The position numbers were made by a program, and so were the translations under genes. The notes beneath the pieces are model-generated. The model had not been told where the DNA came from. It searched no databases and was given only the letters and a program-made list of their open reading frames with translations. Source: Carpediemonas membranifera BICM (taxonomy: Eukaryota; Protista; Fornicata). Taken from it: a DNA stretch of 64,000 nt. Of the stretch, positions 59,417 to 64,000 are shown piece after piece (the first letter of the stretch is position 1; the number at the start of each line of letters is the position of its first letter). The DNA is taken from contig JAHDYR010000037.1 in the NCBI GenBank assembly GCA_019828565.1, positions 66,595-130,594 of the forward strand, written 5' to 3'.

Positions 59417-59656
59417 TGCCTGTTGATGCAGGGAAATGGTGGAACTGACGGGGGAGGAGGTGCTGTGGACGGGGGGAGGAGGAGGCGTCGGTGACAGGGG
59501 AGGAGATTGAGGAGTAGTGGGATTTGTGGTTGGATGAGGAGTTAGGACCTGTGGACCGGGGCGAGGATCCTTGATGGGTGGTTTCTTTTGGCTTAGTTTG
59601 AGTTCTTCGTGCCGGCGCGCTTCGGCTTCTTCCCGTGAAAACCCCGGTTGCCGCCG

Positions 59657-60169
59657 TCATGTCCGGTGCCGGGCTTGGTGTTCTTCTCGGTCAGGCGGGG
59701 GATCTTGGACAGGGGTGCGGAGGACGAGAGTCTCGATCTCCGTCTCGTTCATCTCGTGGCGCTCGGCAAGGGCGGCCATGCCCGCGGTGGAGACAGCAGA
59801 GGCGGCTAGGTAGCCGTAGCGGTCCTTCACCCATAGGACTCGGTGACGGAGGAAGATGCGAGCGAGTACGGCGAAGCCACTGATTCGATTGAACTTGAAG
59901 CTGCGGTAGATCTCCTCGAGGAACTCCGCCTCTTCGCGCATAGTGGATGAAGCAGGACGCTTCCAAGTCATGGTGGTCTCTTGCCGAAGCAGATCTACTG
60001 TCTCTCGGACGTTGCCGCCGGCAGTAAATGCGTCTTGAAGCTGTTGAACGGTGGCTTTGAGCTCTGCGATCTCTTGGGCGGCGTCTCCCATCTGTTTCAG
60101 TTCGCTCTTGAACAACTGAACCGCCCTTATGAGACGCACGATCCCGTCTTTGAGATCGTATCGAATCAT
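59657..60169 (-). CDS. DIRS gag-like ORF
   Basis: Coiled coil upstream of RT; LRHRVLWVKDRYGYLAA resembles a DIRS gag pattern. Confidence 0.55.
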   Translation of the reverse strand: MIRYDLKDGIVRLIRAVQLFKSELKQMGDAAQEIAELKATVQQLQDAFTAGGNVRETVDLLRQETTMTWKRPASSTMREEAEFLEEIYRSFKFNRISGFAVLARIFLRHRVLWVKDRYGYLAASAVSTAGMAALAERHEMNETEIETLVLRTPVQDPPPDREEHQARHRT

Positions 60170-60615
60170 CCTCGACCTCTCGCGCCGAAGTTTTGGCTCC
60201 GCTGGCCTTGCCAGTCAGACAGGCTGACGATCCGGTAGACTCCGTCCATTCCCACAGGGAACCAGTCGCCGCCCAAGCGATTGCAGCCGATCGGTGCACT
60301 TTAAGACACTCTCGATGTCTTTCATGCAAGTTGTGCCCCGGCTGCAATTCATTGCATCTGCCAACACAAAGAGCTCAAAACGAGGTCTATAGCCCTCAAC
60401 GGCGCTTCGTTGAGGAGTTCAAGCGATTTTTCACTTTTGTTGCGCAATTTCTTCATCTGATGCGCAATTATTGAACCATCGAGCCTAAAAGAGACTCTAA
60501 AGCCTTAACGGCTTCCAAATAGCCAATATCACCTTGTCCATCAAGGTTTATGATTAGCCTCACTAAGGCCCACAATCATACCCCTCGCAGCCACTCCTCA
60601 ATGGCTTTGAGGGGC

Positions 60616-61482
60616 TTATCTCTTCTTATCCTTCTCTAATAAGGCTCTGAACGGGGCTACGGACGTGCTGTAGTCCAGGCGAAGCACGTCTTCCACATAA
60701 CGGATCAATGAGTTCTGGTCAGCCCATGTGCCCTTCGCCGCAACAACCGGGATAGGGATACCCATCAGAACCAGGTCAGCCGCGCTCCCGCGGCGCAGAC
60801 CGTGCAGCCGAGCCTGCGTGGAGATGATGCCCTTCACCTGGTCCTCAATGACTAAGTAGGGGTGCGACCAGAGAGGGTCTTCGGCCACCGCGCCTGCATC
60901 TATCCTATTGACTAGGACCTCAGATAGCCAGTGAGCCGGGTCTAGCTCCCCGTCGACTCTCGGGACGAGCTTCTCAACGACCACTCGCCGGGTCTTAGTG
61001 CCGTGGATGGAGATTCTTAGCCCGCGGCGCGCGCTCTCCGCTCTAACGTCACCAACATGCAGGGCATAGATCTCTCCTGGCCTGGAGGTCGTGGCGTAGG
61101 TGGTCAGTGCAAAGGCGAAAGCCTCCTTCCAAAGGTCGTCGTCTCGAGACTGAGGGTGGGCAGCCCGAAGCCTGTCAACCAGAGTGTGCGCGCGAATCGG
61201 GAGAGCAGGCCCTCTAAGCTTCCCAAGAGCGTTCCTTGCCTGCTCTTTGATGACTGCGTCGGCGTCCAGCGGTGGTTCCCATGATGACACCCGGCCGAAG
61301 AAGCGACGGATTAGGCTCCACTTCGAGGTGATTGTATCCTTGGTGACCCTCGAGGCTTGGTCCTTGGCCCATGCTCTTATGACTTCGATGCTGCTAGTGT
61401 CAGGTGGAAGGGCACCCCAGAAACCCGAGAACTGTTGGAGCACACCCGCGACGTGGCGCTTGTCTACGAATCCACTTAACAT
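60616..61482 (-). CDS. Tyrosine recombinase (DIRS)
   Basis: TSRPGE (R), GTKT (K), HGLRRG (H,R), GTW, IRYV (Y): catalytic set present. Confidence 0.92.
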   Translation of the reverse strand: MLSGFVDKRHVAGVLQQFSGFWGALPPDTSSIEVIRAWAKDQASRVTKDTITSKWSLIRRFFGRVSSWEPPLDADAVIKEQARNALGKLRGPALPIRAHTLVDRLRAAHPQSRDDDLWKEAFAFALTTYATTSRPGEIYALHVGDVRAESARRGLRISIHGTKTRRVVVEKLVPRVDGELDPAHWLSEVLVNRIDAGAVAEDPLWSHPYLVIEDQVKGIISTQARLHGLRRGSAADLVLMGIPIPVVAAKGTWADQNSLIRYVEDVLRLDYSTSVAPFRALLEKDKKR

Positions 61483-61510
61483 GTCACCCTCGAGGGAGAT
61501 GGTGAAGATG

Positions 61511-61888
61511 TCACTCCCACAAACAGGGCCGCCAATCGGTATGTGCCGTCCGCCTGCAGGGGGTGATCGCTGATAGGTCCGCGTCCTCCGCTTTGACTCT
61601 GAAGAACATGCGGTGCGGAGTCAGCTCTCTCAGCGCAACTGCCGTCGGCGATCTGCAGTCGGACACTAGCAGGACGAGGGCACTTGGTAGGGATCTCGGC
61701 TGTGTGGTCCTTGCAATGTGGAGGTGGCACAGCTTTGCATATACTGCTGATAGGAGCGCGAAGGGTGTCACTGCTAGCCACCTTCCTGTCGACCAGTCCA
61801 TGTCTATGAACCTGCTGTCGTCGACCGTCGACGGGCTGCGTTCTACTCGAGCTCCAAGCCACTCGGAGGGCCAGATCTCTTTCTGCAT
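61511..61888 (-). pseudogene. Degenerate DIRS N6-adenine methyltransferase-like domain
   Basis: FIDMDWSTGRWLAVTPFALLSAVYAKL at the usual position after RNase H (NPPF changed to VTPF). Confidence 0.6.
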
Positions 61889-62941
61889 GGGACCCCCACT
61901 CGGCTGTGATCCTGTCGATGATCCGACGAGGCGCTGAGAGCGTTTCGGACCTCGACAATGCGTCGGCTTGGACGTTCAAGTGACCAGAGACGTGAAGGAG
62001 CCTTATCCTGATGGCCCTTTCGCTCAGTGTGGGTAGCAGGTCCCGTATGACTGAGTCTACAAACTGCGGAGCCTTGGTTGAGCCTTGCTTGTTCCACCAG
62101 CTGACTGCTGCCACCGAGTCGGAGTAGATGGTGACCTCCGCGTCTGTCAACGGCTCTGCTAGGATCAGTCTCACTGCTTGTTCCACTGCTCGGAACTCGA
62201 GCAATGTGATGTGCTCGTCCACCGGGGCCGGCCTGGTGAAGGTGAAGGGTTGACGGCCCGGGATTGTGATCACTCCGCCGAGTCCTGAGTGAGAGGCGTC
62301 TGTCATCGCTGTGATGTGGAGCGTCGGAGACAGACCCCACAGGTGAAGCAGCTCTTGGAAGGACCTTATCGGAGATGCCGTGATAAGCGGCGCTCCCATT
62401 GGATCAGTGCTTCTCTCGCTTCGCCGGATATGAGTGTGCGGTAGCGGTCCTTCAGTTGGGCTCTCTGGAGGGGTCTGATAGCGGCTCGGCCCTCCGGCCA
62501 AATGATGGCTGCAAAGCCGAGATTGCCCAACAACCGCTGCATGCTGTGTCGTGGCCCCCGATGCCAAGGCCTCCCTGACTCGTGAGAGGTACTTCTGCCG
62601 CTTGCTGTCCTGCAGAGCGATCCCCCGCCGGCCAGAGTCCATAACGAAGCCAAGGAAGTCGGTCTGCTGCGTGGGTGAGAGCTGCGATTTCTTCCTGTTG
62701 ATGACCAGGCCGAGGTTCTCTAGGAGCTGTAGTATGCCGGGCATCGCAGCGGTCAGTGTCTTCTTGTCCCCGGACAGGAGCCAGTCGTCGAGATAGATGG
62801 TCAAGTTGATGCCTGGGAACATCCGTGCTACGATCTGCGCTGCTGTCAGCATCACCCTTTGGAAGAAGAATGGCGCTGGGCCCCAGCCGAAGGGTAGGAC
62901 GTTGAAGGCATAGGGTCTCCCGTCGACCACGAAACCCAGCA
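61889..62941 (-). pseudogene. DIRS RT C-half plus RNase H
   Basis: IYLDDWL, FLGF, TDASHSGLG, HITLLE, YSDS, NVQADALSR. Confidence 0.92.
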
Positions 62942-63444
62942 AAGAAAGAAAGAAATTTATGGTGCTTGGATTCTGACCCCGGACTGAGCTTGTTTCCCGT
63001 TGTCTTGGAGCTGAGTGCCCCGGGGTACTGCCTATTTCCCGTGGCAAACTGGTCAGCAGCGTTTGCCTTGGGCTTTCGGTGCTACTGTCTCCGCGGAAAG
63101 CCGATTCCAATCGCCCCAGAGGCCCTGCGGCCATCTCCGTGCAAATATGCTTTCCTGTCTCCCTGAAAGTCCGGCAACTATCCGGGGAGCCTGGGGGTCT
63201 GTCCTCGGGGCATTGACAGGCAGGATCGTCCTGCAGAACCTTGACTATGACACTCCTTGCTTCCCTGCAGTCCTTGTAGAGCCGTTCAGCCACGGCACCC
63301 TCTCGTCTGTCCGGTTCCCCAATTCCATGCCCCCTCGACTCTGTTAAGAAGCCTACCCGAAGGCGGGGAAAGTGACTAAGTCCATGCTGTCTACCCCGGT
63401 TAGGTGGCGTGGGTCAGGGCATGGGTGGTGTACCCCCAGGCACT
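62942..63444 (-). mobile_element. 503-bp SINE-like or non-autonomous retroposon
   Basis: 15-bp TSD ccacgaaacccagca (62927-62941 and 63445-63459); (TTTC)n 3' tail on the minus strand. Confidence 0.7.
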
Positions 63445-63466
63445 CCACGAAACCCAGCAGCGGGCT

Positions 63467-64000
63467 AACACTCAGGGGCACATAGGACGAGGAAAGGACT
63501 TCACGGCATCAATAGCAACAGCAATTCAAACCAAACTCAGAGACATTGAAGCGGTTTGTATACAAGAGACATGGAGAACAGCAAACACAAGAGTCCACAG
63601 CTTCATAGACTTCCAGTACGCTTTAGCAGGCAGAGAAACAGAGGAAACACTAGCAACAACGAACGAAAAGCGGAAAAGAGAGACCAGGTGCCAGCATCGC
63701 GTGAACAGACAACTGGGAATCACAGGTGACGACCCCCCTACACCCAAGTGGCACGGGACCAGAGAAGGCATCGGCACAATCGTAAGCCCGCATGCCAGAG
63801 CAACATGGGATGTCGGCATCACTGACAGCCTGTCAGGAAGAGTGCAGGCGAGTATTATGAGGACGAGCAGAGACATCATGGTAATCACAGTGTATGCACC
63901 CACTTCAGATAAAGGGAAGACAGTGAAAGATCAGTTTCACGAGACAACATCCAAAGAGATACTGGACATGAAAGGGGACATGGAAGCAATCATCATTGGG
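63467..64000 (+). mobile_element. RTE-like non-LTR retrotransposon, APE endonuclease domain (one frameshift, runs off window)
   Basis: Manual translation: NTQG..DIEAVCIQETW..EGIGTIV..SGRV..VITVYAPTS..KDQFHE..IIIG. Not in the ORF track. Confidence 0.85.

Larger units (their letters stand above)
58924..63466 (-). mobile_element. DIRS-type tyrosine-recombinase retrotransposon, circularly permuted (3,938-bp unit)
   Basis: Minus-strand order is RT C-half, RNase H, MT, YR, gag, RT N-half. Terminal redundancy 58924-59003 = 62862-62941. Confidence 0.85.

Noticed and set aside
62942-63293. N-terminal ~115 aa of the 605-aa RT ORF
   Set aside because: Chance read-through from the SINE-like insertion.

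Overview
Eukaryotic DNA (protist-like: ~30-37-nt GT-AG introns, chromatin-domain proteins) made almost entirely of nested mobile elements. The main result is a family of large (11-12 kb) cargo-carrying cut-and-paste DNA transposons. They have ~50-bp TIRs starting CATACTGT(A/T)AGAATGGC, 2-bp target-site duplications and a divergent CMC/Transib/RAG1-type DDE transposase. Two diverged members carry the same 8 genes in the same order and orientation: small coiled-coil ORF, double PHD-like finger, caspase/CHAT-like His-Cys protein, SET methyltransferase, OTU-like deubiquitinase, HTH-like basic protein, GNAT acetyltransferase, transposase. Element A is at 29361-40704, with a second inverted copy at <1-10789. 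Element B is at 25418-48889. A is nested in the OTU gene of B. B and the other A copy sit in a third, rearranged relative (C, ~10790-58541) carrying its own transposase, PHD, SET, two OTUs, a HEPN protein, a Ser/Thr kinase and a degenerate tyrosine-recombinase-like protein, in modules joined by a ~0.4-0.55-kb G-rich repeat (R). The right end holds a circularly permuted DIRS retrotransposon, a 503-bp SINE-like insertion with a 15-bp TSD and the APE endonuclease of an RTE-like LINE. Many ORFs are broken by single-base indels, mostly in homopolymers, which are probably largely sequencing errors. Protein assignments rest on motif recognition by eye, not database searches.
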